DNA of 64,000 nucleotides from Rhizodiscina lignyota (Eukaryota): NCBI GenBank assembly GCA_010015805.1, contig ML978122.1, positions 902,453 to 966,452 of the forward strand, read 5' to 3'. Shown piece by piece: positions 51,501 to 64,000 of this stretch (position 1 is its first letter; each line of letters starts with the position of its first letter). The notes under the pieces were generated by a model. It saw only the letters and a program-made list of their open reading frames with translations, ran no database searches and was not told where the DNA came from. The position numbers and the translations under genes were made by a program.

Positions 51501-52795
51501 TTTTCACTGCTAGCGATTGGGCCTATGTAGGCATATCAGACTCTAAGGGCTCACTTAATTTGCCTCTCCTCTGGTCCCAAGCATGCTTGCGGGTCCGCAG
51601 TCGCGTTGCAAAGCCTCGACCCGACTTCGGACAGACAGGTGGGAAGCAATGCAACCATAACTCGGTAAACCTTTGCCATGCCGCCCGATATAACCGCTCG
51701 TTGAGGCAGAATCGGTAGCCAAGCCCCTCAGACACGTGATGGAACAGATGCAAAAGGGGTGCATTCCAAATCTATCGCATACCTCATGCATTGGATTCTC
51801 AACCAGAGGCCCAACTTCAACAGAACTTTGATGGATCAACACGGCATCCTTCGGTACGCGCGCTGCAGTGCTGGGAATTGAACCGATGGCGATGGTTCCG
51901 CAGAGACAGTGCCCCCTCTGCACCAAATCTCAGTAATCATGAGCAAAGGCTCTCGTAGAATTTAGCGAATGAATGCTGCTCGAAACGAGACAATGTCACG
52001 TGCTTGTGCGGTCTGAGGCTGACTTGTTACGTATGTTTTGTATTTAAATGACAGATTAGCCCCCGTAACGATTTGCCTCTTTCAGCTGCACAACATTTCA
52101 TAATTGACCGTCGAAAGAAGAATCAAGCAAGGTGGCTCGAAGTCATAAAAGCGTTGGTTGAGCTCGATGAAGGTAGAAAGGCCGTAGCACAAATGGATTT
52201 TGCTCTTCGATGCAATCGCCAGCAGCGCTGAGAACTCAGTACGACATGCTCCAGCCAGTGTGTGTTGCTCCTTCACGACTTGAATGAACAGAATCCATCT
52301 CAATCGAAGAGACGGCATATAAGCTGCAGAGCGTCACTTGTCATCAATGAGTATAGCGTGAGAGCGACAAGAGGCTGCAGCAAGACGAAGGTGGAAAGGC
52401 TGCAGCAAAAAGCGAGGCATGCATACTGTTCAGACTAGGTGAGAGTCTCTGAAAGCTCAATTAAACACTCAATCGTCAAAAGGTTTCACTGCTTTGATGA
52501 GCATGATTTGTCTTTACTGAAGCGACTGTGCTCTCAATTGCTCGATGTGTTGTAACATAACCTATGGCTCAGCGTTTCGGTAGCCATCGAAGCTACGCAC
52601 GAACATCAATTGAACAATCTATTTCGTGAGAACTTTCTTGTATTTGAGCACTATCAGAAATTGCTCAGAGGGGAGCTACAATCCCAAGTAGTGGGTTACT
52701 CCGTCCATATCGATCCCATTGAAGTCAATTGCAAGCGGATATCCTCATGATGAGCTCCTGAGCTCATCGAATTCATGATGCATCCCATAGAAACT

Positions 52796-54987
52796 TCATG
52801 CCGAGCTCGCCTCAAGCCTGTCACGCTCCTTGGCCTCCTCAAGCTCTGCCAGAATGTCTGGCAGCATGCCTTCGACGTCCTCCTCACGAACACCCAAAGC
52901 ACCTGTGATCAAGCGCTTGTACTCCGCCTGCCGCTCACCCATTCCGGCAATGCTCTGTGCTTGCACGATTTCTTGAACAAGTGCCTTGCGGTCCGCCTGC
53001 GCCCTATACAGAGCAGTCGCGAGCTTGAGCTTCTCTTGCAGGTCACCAGGACCTCCACCATCGGCAAGCTTCGTTCCTCCTTGTTGCTGAATCTTGGCCT
53101 CTTCACGCGATATGAGCTGCTGCATCTCGAAGCGCTGTTCGAGCTCGAGCAGTGCCTCGCTCTCCCTGATGAGTGCGGCAAGCTCCTCGTCCTGGATCTC
53201 GTCCATCTCGTCTCCTTGATCTTGTGCCTCCAGCTCTGCTATCTGGCGCTGGATTTCTTCAACTTCTGCATGACGCTTCCTCAACAGCCTCTCCGCATCC
53301 ATGATGTCCTGGTCCTTCTCTTCTAGCTCAGCTTCGTATGCGCTGGCCAATTGCTCGCATTGCTCCGTGAACGATGTGGCTATGGTGCCCATGAGCGTGT
53401 TGGCCGTCTGTGAGCGATAGCGCTGAGTTGGCGCTGATGAGAAGAAAGGGCTAGGTCCATCGCCATTAATGCGCGGTGGTTCTGGTGCGAACGGCGACGA
53501 TGAGGCCTGACGCTGGCCACGTGCTTGACGACGACGATTCAAGTCTCTGATTAGATCGTCTGCTGTCTCTCCCATATGGTTGGCCATGTCGACAGCCACG
53601 TTCCGTCCCAAGAGGGAACGAACACACTTGCGCGCGCCATTCCGAGCGGCGATCATGATTGCAGTGTCGCCATTTTGGTCTTGTCGATTGAGGAGTTTGG
53701 TAATGTCATCGGGTGCAAAGGACTCGCTAAGAATGTTGATGATGCTGTCGAGGTAATACCGAGCGGAAAGGTACTTGTTCCTGCTGCTTGTCGTAGCTGC
53801 GATATGGTGGAAGACTGTAGAGCCAAACCAGTCGGAGAGCGCAACGGTAGGAATCAGAATCCGAGCCATCTTTGGCATGATGTTCTTGTCGAAGTTGTTG
53901 GTGAACATGACAACCCGCATGAGAGGGGTCTCGCGATTGTTAGACAGGCAGTCGATAGATGCGCCTCGACGGATGAGATCCTTGACAACTTCGATATCGC
54001 CCATAGCAGCTGCCCAGTGTAGCGCGCTGTGGCCTTTCTCATCGATAGCACGATCGAGATTGATGCCTGGTGGAGGCTCTGGTGGCGCCGGGAACCGGTC
54101 CTCCGACTCAAGTAGCATGAAGTAATCAAGAAGAGAGTCTGCCCACATCTGGTGCTCCTGGTCTTGCATAGAGGCTTCGTTGGCCCTCTTCCTTTTACGT
54201 GAGCCAGTGGAGAACTGCGACGGAGGAAGCATATCCTCTTCGGCTACCGAATCCGAAATGACACTCATGTTCTCAGGAGTCTCGATATCTTGTATAATGC
54301 TCGCATCCTCATATTGCTCTTCACTGATCTGACTAGCAGCTTTTCGTCCGTGAGCACCGGGTCGTGCGCGATATGAGCGGGCTTGGGCTGGCGCCTCACC
54401 TGCGAATCTGTGGTTCTGATTCGATTGTCGGGGCGCCCTTGGTTTCTGAACGGGCGCAGTCATGTGCTTCGGGGCAGGAGGTGGGCTTCGATCTCCGGGT
54501 ACGAAGTCGAAGATTGGCAACATCTTCGCAAGGACACCGTTGCGCTCTGCGAGGTGGCGCCCATCGTGAAGAGGCACCCATGTTCCTATTTACACAAAAA
54601 TCTTCAGTCTCTGTGTAAGCGCTCCGCAGTCGGTCTTATGCGCACCTTGATATTTGCCATATCCGCCTTGAACCTTCTCGTGAACACCCTTCTGCACTTC
54701 ACGCTCCAGAACTCTTGTGCGAGCGGGCTTATCGAGGCCGGCAACCTTGAGGATGTGTGTCGCATTAATCCAATCATCGCTACGACGTCGCATCACTTTG
54801 GCTCGTTAGCACACCGTTTCGAAGCGGCGAAGTTCGGATGGTCATACCATGGTTGCCGTCACAGTTGAACTCGTAGACGGGGACCTGAGAACTCCAGGTT
54901 ACTACATCACTGTAATCATTTTGCGGGTAGAGTTTGTACATTGCTGTAGGTAGCAGAATAGATCCTACCGTCATTACCAGGAGGCAT
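52796..54987 (-). CDS. MBP1: MBF/SBF G1/S transcription factor (APSES/KilA-N + ankyrin repeats + coiled coil), Mbp1/Res type; introns 54885-54939, 54796-54847, 54586-54645 and probably 54340-54399
   Basis: Spliced N-terminus [50 protein letters not shown]. Ankyrin motifs [17 protein letters not shown] and [10 protein letters not shown]. Confidence 0.9.
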
Positions 54988-55208
54988 AGTGAGTCGCTCT
55001 GTTGCTTGCGCAAGTGGTTGGTGGTTGCAGGACTCGGAGTTGCGATTGAGACACTCGCTTCGCGTGTGGAGACGCGCGCAATTGAAGTCGCGCGCGCGGC
55101 GTTCTGCGCACGTACCACTCGCTTAGTCATGCGCGACCACTCTGACCTCCAGACGACATTCGCCGAAGCTGCTGCGCAAGAGCTCCATCGCATAGGGCTT
55201 CCACCACA

Positions 55209-55616
55209 ATGTCAGTCATAGACAAGGTCAAAGATGCTGTCGGCCTCGGCCATGGAGACTCTGCTCCCTCAGGGCGTAAGTTCCGCTGCCATTGGCTTCA
55301 AAACTAGCTCAACTCATACTGAACGGTTCATAGCTGCTTCGAGAGAAGCCATGTCTGAAGCGAAACTACCTCTAGCCTACCGCGACAGCTGCGCACATCT
55401 TCTCATCCCTCTCAACAAGTGCCGGTATAATGAGTACTATCTACCATGGAAATGCGAGGTGCGTCCACCGGTTCAGCGTCATTGTCCAACCAGACGACTT
55501 ATCAGCCACAGAACGAGCGACATTCGTACGAGAAATGCCAATACGAAGAGTTCAAGAAGCGAGTTGCAAAGATGGACGAGCTCAGAGCAGCAAAAGGAGG
55601 CGCACGAAGCAATTGA
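55209..55616 (+). CDS. NDUFB7: NADH:ubiquinone oxidoreductase B18 subunit (NDUFB7/NB8M); introns 55276-55333 and 55459-55511
   Basis: Spliced product ASREAMSEAKLPLAYRDSCAHLLIPLNKCR..LPWKCENERHSYEKCQYEEFKKRV carries twin Cx9C motifs. Confidence 0.92.
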
Positions 55617-56718
55617 TGGTTTGCGATCGAGCATTGCATATACGGAGTTGATTGGGGTGCCATTGTATATACTCGGAGACGAGCACCCACGAAATTCAAA
55701 CCGTTGCATAATGCCGCATGCATTTGATTCCCACTATATAATAGTATCTCTGGCCATTGAGGACTCTAGATCTGGACTGCTTCTCAGAGAGCAGGTAGTC
55801 TGAAGACCTGGACTCTTCACCAGTGGGACATTGCAATGTCAGCCGAGATTTTGTGATCAGATTTCGACGTTCAGTTTCAAAGCGCTAGAATTCCCAAGTC
55901 GGAAGAGTCAAATTCGCTTACATACATAGGATCCACTAGATTATTCCGGTGATTTACACGAACAGCTTGAACCCACTTGCGGAAATTCGATGATTCATGG
56001 AATTGGCATTCTTCATTTCAGTGCGCCCCTCCTGCGAAGGCGTGCTACGATTGAAACCCTTAGATCAGAGACCTGGCCCGGCTTGTGTGAGAAGGATGCA
56101 CTCGATTATGCGCGGAATCTGCGCATATAACTTACGCCAACTTAGAAATCTTCACAAGGTTGCTCAACTAACCTTGTTCGCCCAGGCGCACGATATGAGC
56201 GGACGCACGATCTCGTAGATACCGTAGTGTCAGAGGCCTAGCTGGGCTGATAAACGAGCATACTTTGAACCGTGCGTGATGTCTACTTATAGAGCTTGCG
56301 CTGACCTTCAGAGCTTCAGGGACCCACGTGGCTCACCTTGTTCATCGGTCCGCGGAGCGTGTCCAGAATCACTATGCATCGAAGAAGCGCAGGTGTCTAG
56401 GAACGGTATCTTGGCAACTGCCATCTGCGGCGTTGTTCACGAGATCAGGCACGGTATGTGATCCTTCGAAAAGTGGCAAATGTCCAACATTCTTATGCAA
56501 AAGCATGTTATTACTGAGCGTCCTCAAAGGACTACGAACCGTCTTCTACCTCCAGCACATGCTCTTACAGTCTTTGCTTAACGAGCCGCGAGTGTCCAGC
56601 ATTGAGCTCGCCTCTGCCCGAACAATGGCCGTTACCGGGGCGTCTCATGTCTATCTATGGGTTGAGTCGTTCTCATTTTCAAATGCATAAGAATCAGGCC
56701 TGCCCTCCCAAGTGGCGA

Positions 56719-58622
56719 TCATAACTTCGATTTCTGTGACGATATTTCAGCCTTGGCTTGTTCTCGAAGGATCTTGCGCAATATCTTCCCAGATGGGTTC
56801 TTCGGTATTGCATCCACAAATCGCACCCCGCCTGTTAAGTGTTTGTGCCGAGTGACCTTGGTCGCAAGCCATTCCTGGATTTCCTTCTCCGTAGCCTTCT
56901 TGCCCTGTGCAAGAACGACGTACGCACGTGGGCGCTCATCGTCAATATCACTGCAAACCTTCGTCAGTTCTCAGATCGATGAGATTAACAAACGACTTAC
57001 ATATTGACTCCGATAACAGCAACATCAGAGATAGCGGGATGATCTAAAAGAAGAGCTTCGAGCTCTGCCGGAGCAACTTGATTGCCCTTGACCTTGATGA
57101 GTTCCTGTGACAAAGCAGTGGTCAGCGGTAGCATTTCCATCAGGTCAACACCGGAACACACCTTTTTCCGATCGACAATGAAGAATTTGCCCTTCTCCAC
57201 GTAGGCAATGTCTCCTGTCTTCAACCACCCGTCCTCCGTTATCGTCTCTTTCGTAGCTTCGGGTTTACCCCAATAACCCTTCATTACGTTAGGCGCCTTT
57301 ACCCATACTTCGCCCCGTTCGCCTTCCGGAACTTCGTGGATGCCGTCCTCGTCCACGAGTTTGGCCTCACAGTTCGGATTCAGTTCTCCCACGGAGAAAG
57401 AATATGATTTTTCCAGGGGATGCCAGCCCATGGCCGAGCACGTTATTCTTCAAAGAACCCGGTCAGCATGAGTCGAATGCCGGAAATGCCTAAATGGAAA
57501 TGGCGCTTACTCTGTCATTCCCCAGCCTTGTTTTACGTTGATCTTCCCCGGCGGCCATAGCTTCTCTAGCTCTGCGGCCATCTCCCTGCCCAAGGGTGCG
57601 GCTCCGCAACCTACCTTGTCCACGCTGGAGAGGTCGTACTTTTTCACTGCGGGGTGTTTTGCCAGAGCTACGACAATCGGAGGCACGAGGGTTAGAACAG
57701 TGATCTTGAATCTCTGGATGTTCTCAAGCATCTTGATAAAATCGAATTTAGGCATGATGTATACCGGAATGCTTTGTACGGGGCAAGTCACTCCGAATAT
57801 TGTTTGGCCCATCTAGAACGCAGTTAAAAGCATATTCCATATACAAACAGAAGGAAGGTCTCTTACAGCATGGTACATGGGCAAGAAGCACAGTTGTCTG
57901 GCTCGCTTTGTGTTTTGCTCGTAATCTGGAGAAAGCTTGGACACGTATATTGTCTGCATGCAGTTCGACACGTAGTTTTTATGTGTGATCATCACACCTT
58001 TCGGTACGCCTGTAGTACCGGAGGAGTAATTCAGGGCAACGGTCCGATCGAGGTCCTCTTCCGTCTTCAGATCATCCCAAGCAAATTTAGAGCCGGTCTC
58101 CTCGTCCGCAATGAGGGCAGTCCAATGCCTGATATTGCCAGAATTCTTGGATTTGCCATCAAAGGTCGCAAAACCATCGTCAAAAGCAAAGATGCGGTCC
58201 TCGCTCATGCCAACAAGATGGGCGGCTTCCCTTGCCGTATCGAGTGATGACTCGGCAGCGATAAGGAAAAGAGCATCGGAGTCCTTCAACTGGTAGGCAA
58301 GCTCCCTAGCTACGAAGGTTGGGTTCGCCCCGGTGAATATCGCCCCCGCCATGATAGTGCCGTGGATTACGACAGGGCTGAAGAGTGTATTGCCTGAGAA
58401 GAGCAGTACACGATCGCCATCTTTGAGACCAGCAGCACGAAGGCCTGCGGCAAATCTTTGACACCAGAGTCGATACGAACGGTACGTCAGATAATGTGTA
58501 TCTGGAGCGTCGGCAGCCAGAAAGACGGGTGTGTCCGGTAATGATGCAGTCGGAGACTTGAACAGGAAAGTTGGAAGGGTCACTTTTGGCACTTCAATCT
58601 GCCATCTTGATTTATAGGGCAT
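56719..58622 (-). CDS. Peroxisomal acyl/aryl-CoA ligase (4-coumarate-CoA ligase-like, ANL family); introns 57813-57866, 57448-57510, 57105-57161 and 56951-57000
   Basis: Motifs YSSGTTGVPKGV, QGWGMTE, GWLKTGD, DRKKELIKVKG and PKNPSGKILR. The C-terminus ends in the PTS1 signal SKL. Confidence 0.92.
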
Positions 58623-60785
58623 GACGGATCTGGAATTCCAGATCAAACGAGAGCTAGACAGCTACACTTCGACGCGCGTGAAACCGCCTTGGCGGTGAAT
58701 ATTCAAGTGTCCGAAAGAGGAAGCCAACAAAGTTAGAGAATGATCAACGTAATGAGAAGTAGACTGGAATGTAGTACTAGTCGGAAAATACAATAGTGGT
58801 GTTGCAAAGAGAACAAAGCTCTTTTTTTGCGGGGTGGACCGAGATCTCACAGAGGAACTCATAGCGCGAGCCTCGGCTTCGCCAACAGGCGAATCAATAC
58901 GAGGAGCTCCAATAAAACGCTCTCCATCCTGGTAGCAAGATACCGTATGCAGTCAACGATATCAGGTAAGCGAGAGTTGACTGTTGCCGACAAACCCGTT
59001 GCAAGATGCTGGACAGATTGGGGAGACGTGAGCGAAGGCTAATATTGTTGTAGCAGTAAAATACCGCAAGTTGGAATGTCGGGGGTCACACTCAAGCACT
59101 TGGCTGAGGAGCGGCACAATTGAGGGGGCTTCGGCCCTGCTTCAATGCGTACTTGGGGGAGGATTCAATTTGAAGAAATCGTCCTCCATTCCGAGCGATT
59201 TTATCGAAGTACCCTTCTAGTTCTGTGAACAGGAGAGTCCATATCCGGAGCACGGCCAATGCCCGAAATTTGGATAGCTGCACCTCTTGTCCTCTTCGGC
59301 CCGACATTGTAGTTGTATCCCTTGCCGATGATTCGCACGCTCTTTCTTTGGCTGCCCTTTCCATCAACAAGCATCAAACGTGCGGGTATATTTCTACCAC
59401 CTGGGCCCTACCTTTGAGTGTTGGCTAGCAAGTCCTCGCTGGAAGCCGGGGAAAAAACCGACTCGGCGATTCTTAAAGTTGAATCCGCCCAATATAAGCA
59501 TTGCCCAAGAGCGGCACAAGCTTCTTCTCCAACCCCTTTCCATACTCGGTTCATCCCGAAATCGGATCGCCATACGTTATGCGATGAAACTCGAACAGCA
59601 ATATCTATCTATGTCGCATGTTTACCTGCGGATCAGATGTGGCTGGACACGCTTGCCCGGACCTGGAGCTGTAACGCTGTGTGCTTTGAAACGACTTTGA
59701 CACTTGGAACGTTCGGCCATTAGCAATAGCTTGTCGGAGCCTCCTCCATTTCTCCAAGCAGCAGATCATACAGTAAGCCTCCCACTTGGCTCCGCATCGA
59801 TCGGTTACGGTGCCTAATTGTTTTATCCACGTCCGTATGTAGTCCTCGATCTAGCTGCTCTGCGAACATCATCAAGAGCCGCATTATGATGGCCATGAGT
59901 CTATCCACCAAAGTTCACTAGGGATATAGGGTAACACCTGCTATGGCTACAATACCGCTCAATTTCGAAATCTTGGAGCTACAACATGTCTGTGAGGCCA
60001 TGAGGAAGAGTTCTTCTACACATCATTTCCTTTCTCACCGAAGACTCTGCAAAGGTACGTGCTGCCCCTACCTTCGTTAATATGTACGGGAGTTTCTGCG
60101 GGTTTGTGCCGTTTCGAATCATTATAAATCAGGCAGGCAGAGCTGAAGGATGTTTGTCGTTCTATGGGTGTCGTGTGCTTCGATGTATCCCAGTCGAGAC
60201 ATACTCCATGGGGCCATAACCTCCTGTCTGACCTGTGGCCTCGGTCAAAATTGCCATTTCATTCTTCTGTCAATACTGTTTGAAGAGGGGATCGTGAGCC
60301 GTCCCATCCTCGTGTGTTTCCCTCATTCGATATCTATCTTTTTCGCTAGATCTATTTCATATCCATGAATCAGAAATCTTCAAGGCTCATCTTGGCAATT
60401 CCCCTTCGGCTCCATCCGAAAGCCCAAGGGGAAGGATGCATCGTAGCTCACGACAGGCATTGTCGTGCGCTGGCGCATCGTCTCCCTTCATTAGCTCAGA
60501 CTAGATGTAGCCGCCGAGGTTTGTTCTAGGAGCATCTTCACTGCGGATTGGACGACTTACTCTTCTAAGCCCAAGCTTGACTGTTGGTCCTGGCTTGTGA
60601 TACAGTCTCAGTCGGATATAAATATTCGCTCATGGACCTTGAGATCTCATGGCTGTCCCGTATCACCAATCACTTCTACTATCATACTGCAGGCTCAGTG
60701 TGTTGCGCAGGTCGCTTTAATTCTTTATTCAACAGTCATTTCAATTCTTCAGAAGAAGGTCCTGAAGACCATCCCGACGCTCAAT

Positions 60786-61683
60786 ATGAAGTTCTCCCTC
60801 ACTGTAATCGCGGCCGTCGCTGCTCACGTCTCTGCCCACGGTGTCATTACTGAGATCCAGGGTGCCAACAACGTCACCATGCCCGGCCTGTCTGGTAACT
60901 TACTTCACAATATTTCGTAGTCTCTCCTCTGCTAATACTCAGCTAGTCCAAGATGGCACGCCCCGTGATTGTGCCACTCCTCGCTGTGGCGCCGAGGCCG
61001 ATACCTCCATCATCCGCACGAAAGAGATGGGCACCAACAAGGCCACTGCTCTTGGCCGTACCAACGGCGGCGGGCCAGTCGATGCCGACAAGGCCATCTC
61101 CATGTTCATAGGCGGCAGCGGCGCCGGCGCCAGCACTGATACTCAAGCCAACAAGCGCCAACTCAGTGCCCTCGTCGGCGGTGGTAATCAGGGTAGCAAT
61201 AGCGGATCAACCTCACAAGGCCAAAAGACCCCTCAAGGCACCACTGAGCAGGGTGTCGCCAAAGCCGCAGGCACTGGTGCCCAAAGTGGTCTCCCGACGA
61301 CTGCAGACGACGGAACAATCACCATGACATTCCACCAAGTCAACCAGGACGGAGCTGGCCCGCTCACCGCTCAGATCGACGCCACGTCCGGCGGCAAGGA
61401 CCCCTCTGCCTTTCAGGATGCTCAGGTAACGCAGAACGTCCCGGGTATTGGCATCGGCGGGTTATCCGCTGCTACGACGACTGACTTCCCCGTAAAGGTC
61501 CAGATGCCTCAGGGCATGACCTGCCAGGGCTCTGCCGGCGGCGCACGGAATGTGTGTGTTGTGCGCTTGCAGAACTCTGCTCTGGCAGGCCCGTTCGGAG
61601 GCTCTGCTGCGTTCACACAGAGTCCGGCAGCTAAGAAGAGGGCAGTTGAGCACAACCTCCGCAAGAGGGTGGTGGGGGCGTAA
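60786..61683 (+). CDS. Secreted Egh16/GAS1-like (DUF3129) protein; exons 60786-60894 and 60947-61683
   Basis: Signal peptide ending A-HG. Motifs DGTPRDC..ADTSII, HQVNQDGAGP..ID and CVVR..NSALAGPFGG. Intron is 52 nt, GTAACT..GCTAAT..TAG. Confidence 0.85.
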
Positions 61684-62450
61684 CTACGTGGTGAGCTGAA
61701 AGTATATATGGTAAAGGGGGTGGAAAGGATCTGCGGATGTTGCTGTGCATATATCCGTTAGGCTCTTCTAAGTCCTTCTTGGGCGATTGTCCACTTCCTG
61801 CTCATCAGCAGTGTCTATTTTAGCATCATCCGCTCTCCAATCAGGGCCAGCTTAGTTTAGAATAGAGTAGTTTTGAATCTGATTATGATATTCATCTTTT
61901 ACATGCATTATCTAGTGGTGCGCTTATTTGCTCAGCCATTATGACCGACTACTCTAGAACATTTAAACCGAGAACTACAGCGTTATTCTAGCTTTACTGA
62001 GTGAGATAGATGACATGCGAGCGTATGTGAGATACCAGAGACGTCTAAGTTTAGCAGGTCGAGTTGAAGGGAGTGAGTTTGGAGTTGAATGCCAAGCTCT
62101 GCTCTAAACGTGGATGAAACTCCCGGGGGGACCCACAAACAATAGAACTCGTCATTGGCTAAGCCCGTTCCGTGCGACTGAGGCGGATGGATCATCATAT
62201 GCCTTGTTTTTAGCGGCCTTCATTATAGATTTATCCGAGAGAACAATGTCATTCCTCCCTTTATATGTTTTGACCCGAGAACAGGCATATAGAAAGCATC
62301 CTGTTGCAAGTGCGGATGCTATGTGATCTGGTCGCGACGAGAGTGTAAGCACCTACAATGAGATCCCTAAACGGGAGATCTTCTTGTGTAGGAGATCAAG
62401 ATATCCCATCAATACTACACTGAGACTTTCGCGAAGCTCTCCTGCCAAGG

Positions 62451-64000
62451 TTACACGATTGTGCCAGCTCTTCTCGGGTTCTCAACCGACTCGATCTGCC
62501 AAGAACATTGTTCTCTACGCCATAGAGTGCCGCTCTTCCCAGAATCCTCGCCGTGCGGCTCTACTCGCATGAATGGGTCGAATGCTATGAGTACAATGTC
62601 TCCAATGTGATCGGATTCGGATCTCGCACGCGCCGGTCGAATCATGTAAACAAGGCTCCTTTCGTCGGAGATACCAGACACATGCATAGAACAGTAGTTG
62701 GAGGGGGAAACAGTCGGATCAGTGCGGGGGTTGAGGATCTGGTGGCGACTGTCTGCTTCCTGGGGGCTAGGTGCAAGAGGTGGCCAGAGGTTGATGCGAG
62801 AGTAGCTATAGAGCCTTCTGGCTGCATCTCTGGCTGATGCATCTGGGTTCAGCGTGATCGTTTGGTAGTTTCGTTCTGAGTTCTCCCATGACATATCTCT
62901 CCGGGCTCCAATTCGAAGTCGTAGACATCCATTTGGTGATAATGGGCAGCATTCCGTATCCTCAACGAGATCGAGAAAAGTGCTGCACGACATGTTATAT
63001 GTGCGGAATTTGGTTTTTGCAAGGATGAAAGAGCGAGCTTCGTTTTTTGCGAACTCCTCGTGCACTTGGTGTGGCTGTCGTGGTTCGGACGGGATGTAGT
63101 GCGGGTTGTTCTCGCTTCCGATGACGTTGACGAACAGGTCGCCGGCTGGATACAGAGCAGTCTCTGAAGAGTTGGCTCCCGTAGCGGATCCAGCAGCTTC
63201 GCCTTCTTCCTCTTCTATGATCTTCTCGGGGAACCATATGTGCTGCGTGTAGAATGTCCGGGATTGCTTGCTTCCACCATCTAGCCATTCTCGACGGGAT
63301 TCGCAGATGATTAATTCATTTGTCCGCTCATCCACCTGCAAACTCAAATCGGTCCAAAGGTCATGAATCGGTCCCTCCGCATGCTCTCGCCGGAATATCT
63401 TTGTATTTACCTCCACTGCTTTTCGATCGGGTTTGTCAAGAGGAAAGCGGAAGACGGTATACAATGATGTCCAATCCACCTCCTCGACTGTGAAAGATGT
63501 CTGATTAGAGAGTGCATAGAAGTAGCCGTCATGAATCTGAAACGTAACAGTTGTGCCAATCTCCGAGCCCACGAAATCTTCGAGCTGCATATAATTATCT
63601 TGAGGCAGAGTATGCGTCTTCTTTAATCCAGTTCCCCGAATTACCCACTCATGATGTCCGCGAGTTCCAAGTCTGGAATGAGTGCCATAGTATAGGTAGT
63701 TGCTGTCATTCCGAACGAACAGTTTATCTCTAGATTCGAGCTGCCGGACAAGCGGGGGCCTGGTGATAGTACCGGACTTGCTAAAACTAAGTACGACTAG
63801 CAACTTCTCTTCTTCTTCTTCTTCCTCGCTCTCTTCTTCGCTGTCTTCGCTGTGGAGTCCAAGAGAAAGAATGGCATGGCTGTAGTGCAAAAGCTCAATA
63901 GCGTAATGCTCATAACGCATACAATAGCCCTTCGATTTGAGCATCTCCATCACCATGATGCTGATTGGAGGCCTCTCGTGGTAGTGGAGATTCTGAATGG
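62451..64000 (-). CDS. C-terminal part of a conserved fungal protein, probably F-box family; 5' end lies beyond the window
   Basis: The open frame runs to the window edge. Motifs KLFVRND..YLYYGTHS, FQIHDGYFYALSNQTSF..EEVDWTS and RREHAEGPIHD resemble a family usually annotated with an N-terminal F-box, which is not visible here. Confidence 0.7.
   Translation of the reverse strand, partial: IQNLHYHERPPISIMVMEMLKSKGYCMRYEHYAIELLHYSHAILSLGLHSEDSEEESEEEEEEEKLLVVLSFSKSGTITRPPLVRQLESRDKLFVRNDSNYLYYGTHSRLGTRGHHEWVIRGTGLKKTHTLPQDNYMQLEDFVGSEIGTTVTFQIHDGYFYALSNQTSFTVEEVDWTSLYTVFRFPLDKPDRKAVEVNTKIFRREHAEGPIHDLWTDLSLQVDERTNELIICESRREWLDGGSKQSRTFYTQHIWFPEKIIEEEEGEAAGSATGANSSETALYPAGDLFVNVIGSENNPHYIPSEPRQPHQVHEEFAKNEARSFILAKTKFRTYNMSCSTFLDLVEDTECCPLSPNGCLRLRIGARRDMSWENSERNYQTITLNPDASARDAARRLYSYSRINLWPPLAPSPQEADSRHQILNPRTDPTVSPSNYCSMHVSGISDERSLVYMIRPARARSESDHIGDIVLIAFDPFMRVEPHGEDSGKSGTLWRREQCSWQIESVENPRRAGTIV

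Noticed and set aside
55234..55803. 189-aa ORF overlapping the complex I B18 gene
   Set aside because: It is an unspliced read-through artefact. The three-exon model gives the canonical protein.
57105..57161. Stop-free 57-nt intron in the CoA ligase as an alternative isoform
   Set aside because: Retention would split the conserved DRKKELIK hinge motif, so it is probably constitutively spliced.

Overview
Eukaryotic, intron-containing DNA from a filamentous ascomycete (Pezizomycotina). Most introns are 50-61 nt with GT(A/G)(A/C)GT-like donors and CTRAC branch sites. The window holds about 18 protein-coding loci and an intron-containing tRNA-Ser(CGA). Recognisable genes are a Pfa3-type DHHC palmitoyltransferase, MHR1, VPS38/UVRAG, a Pho85/Clg1-type cyclin, a LAG1/LAC1 ceramide synthase, a DUF1275 membrane protein, mtDNA polymerase gamma MIP1, a SIM-RING ligase, an AmdX/Adr1-type C2H2 factor, MBP1/Res-type APSES factor, complex I B18 subunit, a peroxisomal 4CL-like ligase, an Egh16-like secreted protein and a partial F-box-family gene. 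The most interesting part is the accessory block at about 13.3-22 kb. It contains (1) an intronless, co-oriented pair of a multi-pass membrane protein and a HET (TIR-like) domain protein, a candidate two-gene cell-death/immune module; (2) a six-copy degenerate non-coding repeat array whose minus-strand hairpin keeps pairing through compensatory and G-U changes; and (3) a doubly disabled conserved gene next to the tRNA. Family assignments come from motif recognition by eye; no database searches were run.
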